64,000 nucleotides of DNA from Zygnema circumcarinatum SAG 698-1b (GCA_037447605.1 CM074809.1:3090689-3154688); one strand, 5' to 3'. Counted from the first letter of the stretch, positions 27,101 to 41,500 are shown. The notes: generated from the letters alone by a model not told the origin. Made by a program: numbers and translations.

Positions 27101-28871
27101 GCAAAGGTGGACGAGCCTCTGCCCTACTTTATGACAGTGTGTGTGGCCCCTCTCTCCCGTCCCGTGAGAGTGGAACTTCTGCGTGAGTTTGTGGAATTCC
27201 ACCGTCTGCAAGGCATCGACCACTTCGTGTTCTACAACGGGGGCGGCTTGGGAGATGAGTTCAAGGAGAAGTTTGCAGGGGACATCCGGCGGCGCTTCGT
27301 GGAAGTCGCTCCTTTTGACGGAGTGGCCAAATACGAGCAGCGTCGAGGGGGGGAGGTAAGACAAGGCAGAGCAGTTGTGACTTCTATGTGGTCCAAACGT
27401 CTGACAGTTTGCTGCTGAGTGACTGAGAATCACACACCTAGCTGGGACCCTTGTTCGCTTTCGCAACTTTTTGCGGAAACATACTCTCTGGTTTCTGAGA
27501 GATCTTCCGAGTTCTTGCCCGCGCAGCCATTGTCACACCTCACGCTCCCTCCCTCCCTCCCTCCTTCCCTCCCTCCCTCCCTCCCTCCCTCGGATGTTCT
27601 CTGCAGCTCTTGGCCTTCCATGATTGCATGTATTCCGCGAGATTCTCCTCCCAGTGGGTGGCCTCCTTGGAAGCTAGCGAATACCTCTACGCTGTCCCCC
27701 CCTCCCCCCTTAGAGCCGTTCTGGAGAGGCACAGAGAGCAGGGTTGGCTTAGCCATGGCAGCATCTGGTGGAGCTCTCAAAAGTGCGACCCGCCATTCGG
27801 CGAGGAAGAGAAGGGGGGTGGGGAAAGATTCTCCATTGAGAGGATGGTGTTCAGATGGCCCTATGTGCTCTGCCATGACACGGGCACCTTTCCGAATCGA
27901 AAACTCTGCCTTGGAGGGATAGGTGACAGGAAGCTCATTGTCAACCCTCGCAAGGTGGGTGTGTTTGTTCCTATCCCTACATTTGCGAATTTCTCCAGCA
28001 AGAGCTGGGAGATGAACTTCCAGTCTTCTTTTCAAATGCTACTGCGTCGCAATCTCCAGAATGCATTGAGTTCAGGGAGATGAAGCAGCAGGGCAATCCA
28101 TGAGTCTGACGGTTCTCATGGAGATGGATGGCAGGTCATGCGTGTGGAGGCATATGCCGCACATGCAAGTGATGAGAAGATGGGTCTTGACCTCAGCACG
28201 GATGTCCTCATGCACCTCCATTACCAAAAGCTTCTGGAAGGATCGGGAGTCCTCTGCAATGAGGTCATTCCGAACGGCAAGGAAATCGTCTTTTGGTGGC
28301 GGAATTACGACGTTCAATCTTATGCGAAGAGCCTACGTGGAATGCTCCGCTGCAACTTTACTGATAACGGAGTGAGTGCCTTAGGCTATCTATCAAGCAT
28401 ATGACACATGCATGCATACCTTCAAGGAGTGCAGGAGCAAGAGCACCTGCTTGTCTCTGAGCGTGCGTCACGCTTTCAGATAGAATGTAGAACGACGATA
28501 TTTTCTCCGTTTTGAGTTGTTTTCTTGTTATGGGGTTGCAGTGTGTGGCGGAGTCAGGTACCACGATGCCAACGAAAGAAAGTACTTCGGAATTCGGAAC
28601 GAGGAGAGAGGAGGGGGGAGGGCTGTCAGCTCAATCTGAATCTCAATCTTCCTCCAACACGGAAGCCAAAGTTGAGGGCGATCCTGCGAGAGAGTGGAAA
28701 CAAATGGGGGGTTCTGCAGAGGCCCAAACACAGCAAGAAACGAATAAACAACAAGAAGCCAACACTTCACAAACAGTGGTCTCGCAAGAATCGCAAAGGC
28801 AGCAACAGCACCAGCAAGGAGTTGACGAACAAAACGAGGAGATAGAAGACGAGGACGAGCCTAAGAATTAG
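20120..28871 (+). CDS. GT92/DUF23 (GALS-like) type II membrane glycosyltransferase with a very long coiled-coil stem
   Basis: Exon 1 (20120-20209) encodes MDARGNRRPVPQRPLLFPVLFVSAGALLIT, a basic tail plus TM segment. Helical stem exons run 22593-about 25900. Catalytic exons give VVVVIHCT, TVCVAPL...LREFVEFHRLQGIDHFVFYN, AFHDCMYSARF, DRKLIVNPRK and LMHLHY, collinear with GT92 motifs. An acidic tail ends at 28871. Junctions at 20210-21250 and 25900-26460 are tentative. Confidence 0.75.
24533..25093. repeat. Degenerate interstitial telomere-like (CCCTAA)n array in an intron
   Basis: About 560 bp of CTAACC hexamers with many variants, between GT92 exons 24223-24306 and 25170 onward. Confidence 0.9.
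26235..26450. repeat. CT-rich low-complexity intron; similar tracts near 2060-2200, 10500-11000, 23450-23800, 24110-24190, 27540-27590 and 53450-53680
   Basis: (CT)n, (CCCTCT)n and (CCCT)n microsatellites read directly. Confidence 0.85.
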
Positions 28872-29597
28872 AAAGCACAGGTCTCAACAGCTTTGACTCA
28901 GCGCTGCTTGAAATGTGGAGAGGTGGCGATGAGAGCTATCTATTGCGTCTTTAGTTCATAAGGTTTAATCAGATTTTTTACATTTTTTTTTTCCTTTTTT
29001 TTTAAAGATGAAATGATGTACGGTGCGGTGCAGCAATGAATGACTTAATTTATTGTCGGAAGGAGGTTGAGCCAAATGAGAGCTCTTGATTGCGCCTGTT
29101 CTGACAGTATGCGCGTTGCAATGTTTGGAAACAAAGCAAAGTTTACAAAGTGATAGTGTTTTTGGTTTAAATATCTAGATTAAAACGATTTACATGAATA
29201 ATACAGGAAACAAAACGAGTGAAAGGGAATGAGCGAGTTTGGAATGGGGTCCGACCATTGAAAGTTGAAACTCGACTTCTATGCGGAAAAAAAATTGGGG
29301 CGTGGCCTCCGCTCTTTACAAATTAAACACCGTCTTATAAAAAAGAGTGGCAGAAGAAGTCGAAACTGTATGGCGGTTATGCAGCAGGAAACGACATCTC
29401 ATTTGCGATAAAAAAACGCTCACGTGTGTTTGCAAGGCAAAGTTTTACGACCGGTGTGCTCACCTCATTTCAAAAGCCTAGCAAGTTATATGCTACGGAA
29501 AGCAGTACGCGCTCGCTACTGGAGAGGATTGTTGTGAGGAAACGACTGTTTTTTAGGACTTAATTTCCTATGCTTTCTTAATTCTGCAAGTGTAGGC

Positions 29598-32500
29598 ATG
29601 ATCAAGGCATCTCCTGCACCTCTCTCGGAGTATGAGCGCCAGCGTGCTCTCAATATTGCACGAAATGAGCACATATTGAACGCCTTGGGAGTGATAGATG
29701 CAGCCAAGGAGGTGAAAGCAGCCTTGCCTGCCGCGAGAAAGAGGGAACAGTGAGTGTGCTGATCAACCTCTACTCTTAAATGAGGAAACATATACATCGT
29801 TAACTGCACCTTTGCTGTCAGGATGTATATCAGGCTTTAGAACGTTTAAGGTGTTCCAGCACTTCAAAAGTAAACAAATTATATCAGAGTATATAGAATG
29901 AGTTGCACTGTGTTGTTCTTTTTTTAACGTTGGAGCACATTGAAGTATTTGGGTCAGTAGGAGGTTGTATAATTTAAAAATGTTCCTAATTGGAACGAAT
30001 AGTCTCTGGTTTTCATTGGAATTCGCGGGTTTTGCATGCAGTGCGCTTCCGAAACAGCCTCGTCTGAAGAAGCAAAAGGGGCTCGAACCTGTTCGTCGAT
30101 CTTTGAGAGTTCGGGGTTTGTCTCCGAGCGGTGAACAAGCAGAATCTGAGAGCAGGACAGGGACGAGCAGCGGAAGTGGAGCAGGTGATGCAAAAAAGCA
30201 GAAGAGAGACCCAAGCATTCACAATGATGAGCTTCTCAAATTGCTTGAGAGGCTTCGGGACATCCAGCGAATGAAAGATCGTAGAAGACGAAGTGTCACC
30301 AAAAATATCGGCACTGATACAGAAACGGCGACTGGAGGAGATAACAATTTAAGCGTCGTCTGTGACTTTAAGGCTCTACAACTTGACGAAGAGCACGTGG
30401 CCAAGGTGCTGAAAGAGCGCATTTTCTCTGTCACATTCCTGCCTCTACGGTAAGCTGAATGCTTACATTGCATGCTCGCTATGGTGCAAATAGGGCAAAG
30501 CGAGTATGAATGATCCCTGCACTTTCAGTGTACCTTCGTCGTATCCGCTATGAGGATTGTTCAGGATCCTTCAGGCAGGAGAATAAGGAATTGGCATTGA
30601 ACTCACGATGGCATCAAATATATATGGATAAGAACAACATGGAGAATAGTGACATTGAGAATCAGACATTCTCCGTTCTTGACTATTGACAGCCAGGTTT
30701 TGGATCACTTTTACTCCTTGTCAAGCCAAGTCAATCTCATGCTTATAATACAAAACTTTAACTACCTTTCCAAAAGGGCATGTAATGTGCCTTTCAGACA
30801 AACTGGAGTAAGGTCCTATTTCCCACTCTTTTTTCTGTCTCTTCCTTTTTTTTTTATTCTTTTCCCTTTTAGAATCGTCTTTGGGCAGATATCGAAAGAT
30901 CGTCGCAGCTGGGGATAAAGCTGGCCACATCTGCTTGTGGGATGTCGCTCAAGAAGAAGGCAAGACAGAGCAGCCGAGCGGTGGAACCTATGACTTTGCG
31001 GTGCACGAGAAGCCTGTCTCGGGACTCGCCTGTGGACCCAACGACGCCACAAAGGTATGCGGCACAGCTGAAGAGTGCAGCCACGGGTATGAATAAATAA
31101 TAATAAAATAATATTAATAATAATAATGATAGTAATAATGGGTATGAATAGCTATCTCTGCTTGTGATAAAAACCCTATTTTAAACAGCATGCAGACATA
31201 GGAAGATGGTTGGACATGGTTAAAGCAAGGAAGTGGGCAAGGCGAAGTATGTGGAGAGCGAGCAGCGCTCAGGGCCCTTGCTATATTAGTCACGTTGTAT
31301 TGCGAGATTTTAGAATGGTCGAAAGGAGCTTATTGGTACGTCCAGGTTTGTCAACCAGTAAATGTGGCTGTCCCTGCCTCGAGATGTGTTTAGGGCTTCG
31401 AAAGCAAGCATTGGCAGCCAATAGTTGAACAGATTCACTGTGATCTAACAGCAAGCAGGCAGCGCTTCAGTGATTGAATTTCTTGTCCTTCTCACATTCA
31501 TTCATGGATGCATGTTCCTCAATCACTTTTGTCTCGTTTGTCTCAAACCTGAAATTTGCTATCTCCTTGGCAAGTAGTTACGGTTTGGTGATCATTTGCT
31601 CAAAATGCTTTTAAGCACAGTTCCGTTGGTCAGCTTTTTGAAGAGTGTAGGAGAAGGTCTTTCATATTGTAGCAGGCTTTCCTCTTTATCCGAGTTCGGT
31701 TGACTGATGTGCCCTTCATCCTCGCTCATGGTTAAGAAGCGTGCTTTGACTGGATTAGGGCTGCCTTTGTGCTTCTTGCAGCTTTACTCCTGTTCATATG
31801 ATGGAAGCCTCTACGTATTGGACATTGATCGCTCCATTTTCGACAATATCCATAGCGACAAAGACGTCAAATACACGGCCTGTGCATTGGCTCCTTCCAA
31901 CTTCAACGCTCTTTACTTGGCAGATGCCGAAGGGGGTCTGGCTATAGTTGACATAAAAAGCAAGAAGACTATTGGGCGACATGACATTCATGGAACGAAG
32001 GTCACAAGCATCGATTTTCATCCATACAATGATCGGCTTGTAGCTACGAGTTCCATTGATACCACGGTCTGTCTATGGGACACAAGGAAATTAGGGACTC
32101 AGAGAGGCAGGAAACATTCGGTGAGTGAATTGGCGACCTTGAACCATGCAAGGGGAGTACATTCCGCGTACTTTTCCCCAGATGGAAACCAGCTTGCATC
32201 GACAAGGTGGGCATTCACATTCACTGTTGTGTCAGACACCGGATTTGAGCATTGCCATTGATATTCGTTGGTTTTGAGTCAATTCCTCCTTGATTGGAAA
32301 GGAAAATCTTCAAGATTCTGGTTGTGGTTGGTGCCTAGGTGATAGCTTTCCTTCAGAGCAATTTCCTTTTCAGCCTCTAGTTTTTGCCTGCCAGATAATA
32401 TGCAGGGACGAGGTTTTTAGCCGTGTAAGTTAATGCTCGTTTACTTTCGTGAACTGCAGCTACGATGGCTTTATCAGAGTCTGGAAAGGTGTGACTTCGA

Positions 32501-32979
32501 TCACCTCTAGTCGGAATAAAGAACGTTTGTCGCAGATGGATAACGAACTGATAAAAATTCCTCACAATAATCGCTCCGAATGGTGGATGTCGCCTTTCAG
32601 GTGAGGAAAGAGAGCAAAGAGCTTCACAAGCATGTAAGGCTGCTCATCAGGAGACCAACTTTCTGACCAATTCTTAGAAAATCAGAGTCCATAGCATTGA
32701 CAGAAAAAGTATTGCCCTTCACCTTCTTCCCCAAACACCTAACTCTTGACGTGGCTATTGTGGTCGCCTTGCAGGGCTGTCTGGGCTTGGGACAGCTCTC
32801 ACTTGCTCATTGCTGGATGGGAGAAAACAGTGGATGTCATATCGGTCTCAACGCAGAAAACGGTCCTACAGCTGCGCAGTCCTCTCATGAATGCTGTGCC
32901 CGCCCGGCTGGCGGTACATCCCATGTACCCGGCCTTGGCGGGGGGGAGCAACAGCGGGCGAGTCTACGTCTGGGAGTGA
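29598..32979 (+). CDS. WDR76: WD40-repeat protein, WDR76/CMR1 family
   Basis: N-terminal LSEYERQRALNIARNEHILNALG and PVRRSLRVRG. WD blades: IVAAGDKAGHICLWD, LYSCSYDGS, VTSIDFHPYNDRLVATSSIDTTVCLWDTRK, HSAYFSPDG. C-terminus RLAVHPMYPALAGGSNSGRVYVWE*. Confidence 0.88.
31085..31150. mobile_element. (AAT)n tract flanked by an 11-bp direct repeat; possible 5'-truncated retroposon tail
   Basis: GGGTATGAATA at 31085-31095 and 31140-31150 flanks 44 bp of AAT-rich sequence in a WDR76 intron. Confidence 0.45.
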
Positions 32980-33554
32980 CTGTCTGTGTGTGTCTGTGAA
33001 GGGGGTGGCGGCACCGAGATTCTATGGTGGACAGTAAAGGTTCAGTGCTCCCATTAATAATAGGCACAGAGGTAGATTGCTGGTCGTGTATCCACTGGAT
33101 GGCATTTAAAGTTGAAAGGAAAGGAAAGAAAAGGACAGGAAAGGAAAGGAAAGATAAGCTCTAGCGCCATGGTGCCTGACACATTCCTCTTCCCTCATGA
33201 CCCATGTTCATTTTCATCAACAGCAGTGTAAAAAACATTTCCAATCTCCTTCGAGAAAGAACCGCTGGTTTCAACCTGAATTGTCATGTGAGCCACATTG
33301 CTCCCAACGCCTTTACCGCCCTGATATTGGGTAATTGGCCTACATTCCCCCTTTTGTCAAGCCTACCAAGTTCCACAAACGCAATAAGCCCCACTAGCTC
33401 ACCATTGCCTATCCAGCAGTCTCCCTTATTCTACTCACGACCTGCTCTCAATGCCCTGCATTTAGTCCAATTCGGCGTATAGGAAAGCAACAATAATGCG
33501 CGTATTCACAGCAGGCTAAAAACGTTGTGTAAGGGTAAAGAAAAAAACATAATT

Positions 33555-36500
33555 TCAGGAATGAGCCTTGTCAGTTTTGCTGCTGACTTTTCCAAACTTC
33601 TGTGCGAAATCGTTCAGCATGAGTGAGTGCCGGAATACCTGGTACTCCTCAACGGAGCATCGGACCATCTTACAGAATCCGTCATCACTTTGAGTCAAGA
33701 ACTTCATAGGAAACGGCCCGTCCCGAAGCATTTCGCGGGCCTTCAAAAATTTGTGCCGTGGCTTTATCCTCTGCTCAAGGGAGAGGCTAAAGAAGGCGGG
33801 GAAGCTTTGAATGGTCGAAGCATCTCCTTGGAGATGCTCCACAAGATATTCATACTTTGGGATAAGGTTTCCTTCCACCGACAGACACAGAATCTGCCAA
33901 AGACAAAAAAAACAGGCATTTAACCTCTGCTCGCTTTCTACATTCATTCAACACTCTCATCAACTCATGAATCACACTCACGCATAAATCATATAACCAT
34001 TGCAGCTTTCACAAAATCTGCAGACATTACCAATCCACACAAAAACCAACAACAATACAACCACACAAATTCCAACACCGCGTTATCATTTGGGATCAAG
34101 AAGGTTGTTCTCCATACGATCTCTCTAATCTCAAGCTTTTCTCTGCAAAGTGGAGCAAGCTGCTTACCTGTGAAAGCCTCACAAGAATTCGAGCAACTTC
34201 AGGCTTTGAAAGGCCGATCTTCCGAAGGAAATCCACTCGGGGCTGCATGCTCTCCTGGACACTGTAATGCAGCAGCTGCGGATGTCTGTTGCGTCCAGCC
34301 CAAGGAAAGCAATGGACTGTACTGTTAAGAACCGAAAGGGAGTTCGTCCAGTTTGATGACTATTCTCACATAATGAGTGTTCATGACGAACAGCATGCAG
34401 AAGATGGTTAACTGAAAAACTCTAGTGATTACCAAAACAGAAAGGAAGTGAAAAAAAGGATCTTGACAGACTCTTTCATGTTCTATCACGGTGAAATGAT
34501 CAAAATCATATGGCATATCTTATGGCTATTCCTATATTCACAAAGTACAATGGGTCGTTCGTAAATATTTACTCCCATCCATTCTCTTCCTTATCTTTAA
34601 CAGTCTGTAATACACCAATTTTCATCATTACCACCGGAACAGCTTCTCAAAACCTACAGGCAATGGGCATGACCTCACACCTGGTAATCATCCGGGAGAT
34701 TCCTTGAAAATCAATACCCAAAGACTGCAAATACTTCAGCTTTGGCTCCAATGATTTGTCGATACTTTGAGTTAAAATCTGCGGGCTTCGACACACTACA
34801 GCTGGAAGATCATGCGCTGAGATGCCGACCACCTCCTGCAAAGTGGCACAACAGAAGAATATCAAAATCCAGAAGCTTCTCACACGCATACATGCGCAAA
34901 GCGCACAGCAGACGAGGCAAAAAATCCGCATTGAACCATCCAGTCAAAACGTAGGCTTCAGACGTGCCTTTAATAGGAGAAAAAACGCTTTAGTTACCAT
35001 ATTTTTAGTCATCACGTATACTTCCCACCATTACTTTCGAAATAAAACAAACAACGACCATATAGAGAAGATCGAATGCACTAGTCACAAACTTCAGTAG
35101 CTTGCACACGAGCCGGAGGGCTCAAGCTGTCAGGTGCACCATGATCCAGTGAACAGATGCATGTACCGAAAAAACGTTTAAGATAGTGACATTGAGAGTT
35201 TACTAAGCATTTCAACTCATTTGACTCTGTGCATGGAAAATCGAAAAGACGCTGCAAGAAAGCACAAATCGTGAGATCTCCATAACCACTCTCAGGCAAT
35301 GTCCTACCTGTAAGAACCTGACTCTTGGTTTGATGGCTGTCTCCACGCTGTGCTGGAGAAGCGTCGGGCAAAGAGTGACTATCCGTCCCAAACGTTCCTC
35401 TGGAATTCCTAGTTGCATAAGGTAGGCAACACGTTGCTGCATGGTGCGTTCTATGCTGTATTCCAGCAACTGAGGGTGGCGGACAAGAAGCTTTGGAATG
35501 TCCTCATTACGCACACCTATTGATTGCAAGTAGTTCACTCGAGCTGCAGCAGCATGTGGATTCGTCTGCACAGGCCAAGTGGGATGCACGTTAGGTGAAG
35601 CCTATCAAACATAAGGGCGATATACTCAATATACACGATCAAGGACTACAAGAAATTCAGTCGGACGTACACGAGTTTCCAACTAGTGGGTTCGTGAGCA
35701 TCGCCTGGAGAGACGAAGAAAAATACTTCCCTTCACTAATTGTAGCTCATGCCTACAAACGTTTGTGCATCAGAACTGAGTTGCACTTAATTGTAATGTG
35801 CTGCTAATCAACAAACTCAGCAGAAGTTTAGCAACCGAACTCACACCTCAAATGCCATTCTCCGTTTGTCAGCAAACCGCATCAAGTCTCGCATATTAAG
35901 CCCCAACGAAAGCAAGTAAACGGCCAAAGGACGCTCCCTCTCTGAAAGCCCCAATTCCACCATCACTTCTCCCACCTCAACTGTCGCAGCATGGGCAGTC
36001 CCTGGCCTCTGTAAATGACACCATACAATCAAACAAATTCCAGCAAATTCCCAGATTAGAAGGATGATGTGAAATAATATTTTCTGCGATTCACAAGGCA
36101 AGGCTTTGGTCTTATATCATGTTCGGTCAGCTTATTGAACTAAGACAGATAAAATAGAATTCGTTCCGTGAAGGACCCTTTCCCATAATTTCCATCTGGA
36201 TGTGAGAGAAAAGTTCAAGCATTGACACATGGGACTTGCGACTGGTGAAAAGGGACTTAACAACCCTTTCTACGGAAATTGGTGTAAGGACGTCTTTAAG
36301 TCAGACGTAAACAGGGTACTTGCATTTACACAATTTCTTGGCTGTAACTGGATAAATGCGTGAGGATGTACAGCAAAGCTGCAGGCAGGCGAGAGGCACC
36401 TCTAAGCCTGACTGTGCCTGTCCTTCAGCCGCTTCGAATATCTTTTCGGAGCTAGATTTGAAAACCTTTTCCAGTGGTGGCGTATTCACTCGACGGACCT

Positions 36501-37589
36501 TCAGCTTCGTCCAATTCCCTGAAGAATCCTTCTCCGGAAGTGCGACAATTGCTTCCTCTGTGACAAATCCTCCAATTGCCCTTGCCTTTGCCTCTTGCAC
36601 CACTGCCTTTTCCTTTGCAAGTGCAATCTGACGCAATCTCCGTTGCCGCAGCTTTGTCATTGCCATGGCTTCCCATTCTTGCCTGTTCAGCTTCCCAACT
36701 GGTTCATTCCCCGAAGGAATTCTTTCTTGGCCGTCACTCATAGGTTCAGGAGTCACCAGAGATGGCTGACTGGGTTCAATTTCGTTTCTGCCGTCCTCAG
36801 CTCTGAAAGGCTGTCGCTGCTGTGCTGCAAGCAATAAATTCATCCTAGATTTCCGAGATCCGCTCCGTTTTTTGGAAGAAACCAACAATTCCTGACCTTC
36901 TCTGCCCTCCTTTGACAGAGGCGGCCGCCCTTTACCTGCCTTGAAAGCAATTCCGTTACTTGCAGGTTCAGAGCGATCATACCCTCCTCGAATGTGTTCA
37001 ACCTCTGCTATCTTAGGCTCTCCACGGCGACCTTCAGCAGCAAATTCATCGCTCAACAGCAAAGCCTGCATTAGAGAGCCCCCGGGCTTGAGAGTCATTC
37101 CACAATCCTAGCATTCGAGCCACAATCCATTACACAATCAATCAGAAGGAGAAGGCAAGGCCGAATCAAAGCAAGCCAAGGACATGAAGTCCCGAATTCA
37201 TCAAAACACTGTCGTCGATATACGGCAATTCCCAATTGCTACATTTGGACTCATGAACAGGATTTGCGAACAGTGATTAAGCAGAACAACTCCACTGTCA
37301 CAAAAGTAAAAGCACTCGTGCGAATTCCAGAAAATGTAGCTTCAAGCATGCCGCTCACCATCGTATCTTCTTCATCATAGTCATACACCTTCATTGTCTC
37401 GCTACTGCGAGACGGCCTGGAGCTCATCTTCTCAACAATCTGCGAATACTGATTGGACGCCAGCAACTTCACTCCCCTCGGAGGTCGAATTTCTCCGACC
37501 CCCCCAATTTTTCCCACAAAACTCCCCCTTGCCAATGCCTGCCCTTGCAGAAACGCCCAACACTGCTCCGCTCCAATCCCCAAAGCCAT
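33555..37589 (-). CDS. mTERF family protein, probably organelle-targeted
   Basis: Multiple mTERF repeats: RVNYLQSIGV...LVRHPQLLEYSIE, CPTLLQHSVETAIKPRVRFL, RSPQILTQSIDKSLEPKLKYLQSLG and FPAFFSLSLEQRIKPRHKFL. The first in-frame ATG is at 37589 and stop at 33555. Confidence 0.88.
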
Positions 37590-38549
37590 TGTGCAGCCTC
37601 CAACGACCGCCCCGAATGTGAATTACGGCATGCAAGCACACCCTCCCCTCGAGGTGCGGCCAAGCCACTGCCGCTTCTTCGCAATTCTCACCTTCCTCTC
37701 CCCCTCCCTCACTCCCTACCCCTCTCCCTCCCTCCCCCGTCTCCCTCCCCCGTCTCCCTCCCTCCAGACCAGGCAGAGTTCCCCTCCCCCCAGACCAGGC
37801 CGAGTTCCCCTTCCCCTTCAGGCCTCAGGGTTTTGGAGGGTATTGGAGGGTTTTGGAGGGTTTTGGAGCAGAGCGTCCAAGGGGGCCGCACCCGTGGCCG
37901 CCTGCTGGCCCTCCAAAGGACGCCACGTCGATTTTTCGGCTCGCCCACATTTATCTCTTGCTGCAAACAGGAACGCGTAAACTGCAATGGCAGGGGCCCT
38001 ATGAGGACATTATTGAGACAAATTTTGCAAAATATCGAGTTGTTTTTTGGTTTCCTGAAAAAAGGGCCACATTTGGAACGGAAACGCTCCTAGGAGGCGG
38101 GAAGCCAGTTGAACCAGGTTGAACCGAGTCGTGCCGTGGCGGCGGCAGGCTCAACACGGCTGGATCCCTGGATCTACACTTGAGCTGCTAGAATTGGCGT
38201 GGACTCTCACTCCACGTTTTCCAACAATTCCGGGTCAACTGTTGTCGATCCTGACGTGGGGTGCACTCGTGGATCATCGGTGGACCCAAGATTAAAAGAA
38301 GGTGCCGGAAGCCTTGACCGTCCTCAGCTTCGTGTCCTTTCTGCCATTTGCGCTTCCAGGAAAAGCGAAGTTGGTGAGGAAAGGGCGCCACATTCAAGGG
38401 ATTTAGAGGACGTTTGAGCTTCTGGTTTTGTGTGGTACAAGATGTGTTGAATTTCGTTCATAGGGATTCAGATTTGAAGGTCCTTACTGAGGGAATTGCT
38501 CGGGTGCAAGCGGAGTTTGCAGCAGGAGGCTATTCTGGAAGAGAGGGCC

Positions 38550-41500
38550 ATGGGTGGATCTGACGGAGCAGGCCTGGAGTTAACGCTTCGAGGAGCTGAG
38601 TGTACGCCGCGGGAGAAAGAGAAGGAGCCGCAGGGAGTTGATCCGTTTGCGGTCCTGCACTATGGGTCGCAGCACTGGACGGCAAAGCTTATTAAAGGTG
38701 GGAGGCTCAGTTGTAAGATTCTGTTGGGAGAAAAACGTAGTATATGCTACCTATATGCACGACTTGCTTGTAGACGAAAATACCCTTTTGACTGTATCCT
38801 TCTTTTTTGTTTGTGCAGACCTGAAATTTGGATACCGTTTAGAGCCCAATGTCAACGAGATTATTATTAAAGTTTATGATGGGAACAAGCCCGAGCCCCG
38901 AGAAGTGATTGCAACAATAAAGTGATTGCTCGTTCCTTGCTTGCCCCGGTTCTTGCATACTTGGTAGCATGACAAGTGCGTGCGAATTAGATGACTGTCT
39001 TTCTGGTGCGTTCCTAATAGGACCGTGTTTGGAGAAAGGGCAAGTTTTAGCAACATACTACAATTTCTGAATTGTTTGAACCGGTATATTTTGGACTCGT
39101 AGCTTTTTCAAAAGTCACTGGTGAAGCGTTACAATTGGTTTTATAAAACTGTCATCTTCCTTCGAGTTGCTTTTTACTTTCTCAGAATGAGAACTGGACA
39201 AGAGGTGGTGATCGTTGCGATTGCAATGGTCCGAATTTACGGTTGTTAGTAGAGATGAAACAGTGCATGACCCGGGGGATTTGCGTTGCTTCAGAGTGCC
39301 TGCCTACAAAGCCATGTTGGAGGGGTCTGATTCTCTCTCATGTCCCATTATCAAGTCTACTGGAGACACGCTGGGGCAGCTGAATGTCTCTTTGAAAATG
39401 ATTTCTGAGGTAAGTCGGCGTGTGCACTGCGTCCTTGTCAAGTTTTAGTTGGTTCCTTTGTGTTTTGGGGAGTTTCTCAACGTCTCTACTGAATAAAAGT
39501 TGGAAACCAGTACTTTTGTGATGCGCTGATATGGTATACAGCTGCAACAATTCTCAGGTTTCAGGTAGTTCAGGCATGCGAAGACATTGCTTCCAAAGTT
39601 TTGTGAATCCTGTGTCCACTTTACAAATCTGCTTTACAGTGTCTGAGGGATGACAAGTTTCGTTTCTTACCATTTAGTGCGTTCTATAAAAGTGCTCTAC
39701 TGTTCGTTTGGGCATTCTATAGTTTCTTGTCATCTATTGCAATAGGATATGCCGGTATTGAGCTTCAGATTTTGCCGTTCGTTAAGTTCATGACATATTC
39801 AAATATTGGTTGTGTTTGGGCTTCGTCATTCAAAGTGGTTGTATGTTAGTTTTGCTGCAGATTCCTCGTTTCAATTGCCAAGCCTCGTTTTATGCTTTGA
39901 AATCTTTCTGGAGCCATGGAATACGGATGGCTTTCTCACATTTCACTTAACTAGATATCCGAGCCAGTGTAGGATAGTCCTCTCCTTCCACTTTGTCCCG
40001 TTTATGGTATTCTCGTATCATATGTCGAATTCTTTTCGATCTGGAATTGGTCTCTTGTTGACATTTGTCAATGGTTCAATCTGTTTCTCTTGCGTTTCTT
40101 CAGAAGGAACTCCCGACGGCTCCCCAGTCCTTTCTCGGAACTGCTGCTCCTGCACCCGGAGTGAATGGACCCCCGCCTCCCAATTCCTTCATCTCGACTC
40201 CGCAACCATACGGTGCCAGCAGCAGCTCTGGTGGAGGGCCATATCAGCAGCAGGGCCCACACTCTGAGGCTATAGCTGCAGCAGCGGCCGCAGGTGCTAT
40301 CACTTAAACTTCTGTTAATGAATAGCAGCTGTCCCCGTCCCCCCTCTATTGCAGCATCCCAGATTAATTTGGAATGGATGTGAAGATGTGAACATCGTAT
40401 TTTTGTCTGGTTACACCATAGGTGATCCAAACACGGAATGTTAACTGATCTCAGATTTAGAAGCTCCTGCTATAGCTTAGCCTTTTATTAGTTGAATCTT
40501 CCCTATTGTTGAAATTGTTGAGTAGTTTGACTGAGGATGGATTTGTCTATGGGTCTCAATTCTGATGCAGGTGCTGCAGCAGCTAACGCCATAGTTTCTA
40601 GGAGAAATGAATCTTCAAAAGAAGACCATCCTCCGTCTGGTGAGAATACACTGCCTGGACTGTTCAGAGGAAGTTTCCTGTTTTGGGTTGCGTTGAAGAG
40701 TGACTCTGTCCCTTTCCTTGACTCGTACTGCTGATGCAAGAAAAGTCTGCTGACTCCTTTTTTCTAGATCTCTCTAGCTCTTCCCAATACGCTGAACATA
40801 ATTTTGCTGCCTTTGTCCTGAACCTGACTGACAGTGCCTTTTATCGAAGGGTTGAAAAAAAAAAAAAAAAGCCTTGATAAGTGAAATCAGAAGAAGGGAC
40901 AAGTATCAAGAGACCCTTCGACTTTCAATGTGCAGAGATGCATATTGTTTTTTTTCTTTTTTGACATGCGTGGATCCTTTTTTGTGGTGAATGCTTGCCA
41001 TAACTGAGGTTTTCCTCGATCTATTATTGCAGGCCATCAAGTGGGCTATCCTGCATCATCTACCCAACCGCCAGCATACGCCCAACCCCCAGCATACGCT
41101 CAACCTCCAGCGTACCCTCCTTCCTACCCCCCTGCAGCCTACCCCGCCCCATCCTATCCTGGGTACTATCCTCCGCCGGCTTACTATCCCACTTACCCCA
41201 GCTACGGTAAGCCCACTATTTGGATATGATTCTTTGGTCTGGCAGCGTGGAGGAATAATGGTTAGTTGGGTCAGACGTGAATGGGCTGGCTAGATGTCCA
41301 AGTGATCTTGATTAAGTCAAGGTATGGTGGAGTGCAGGTCAAGTGTAATCAACTGCAGCTTTCATGTCAGCTTGCTTCTCAGCTGTTTGAGCTCATAGTA
41401 GTCCTTTCATGAGATTCAACAGATACGTATTTGGATGCATGTCTTTTGCAGGTTATAATTATCCGTACGGATATGGATACTACCCACCCGCTCCCACCAC

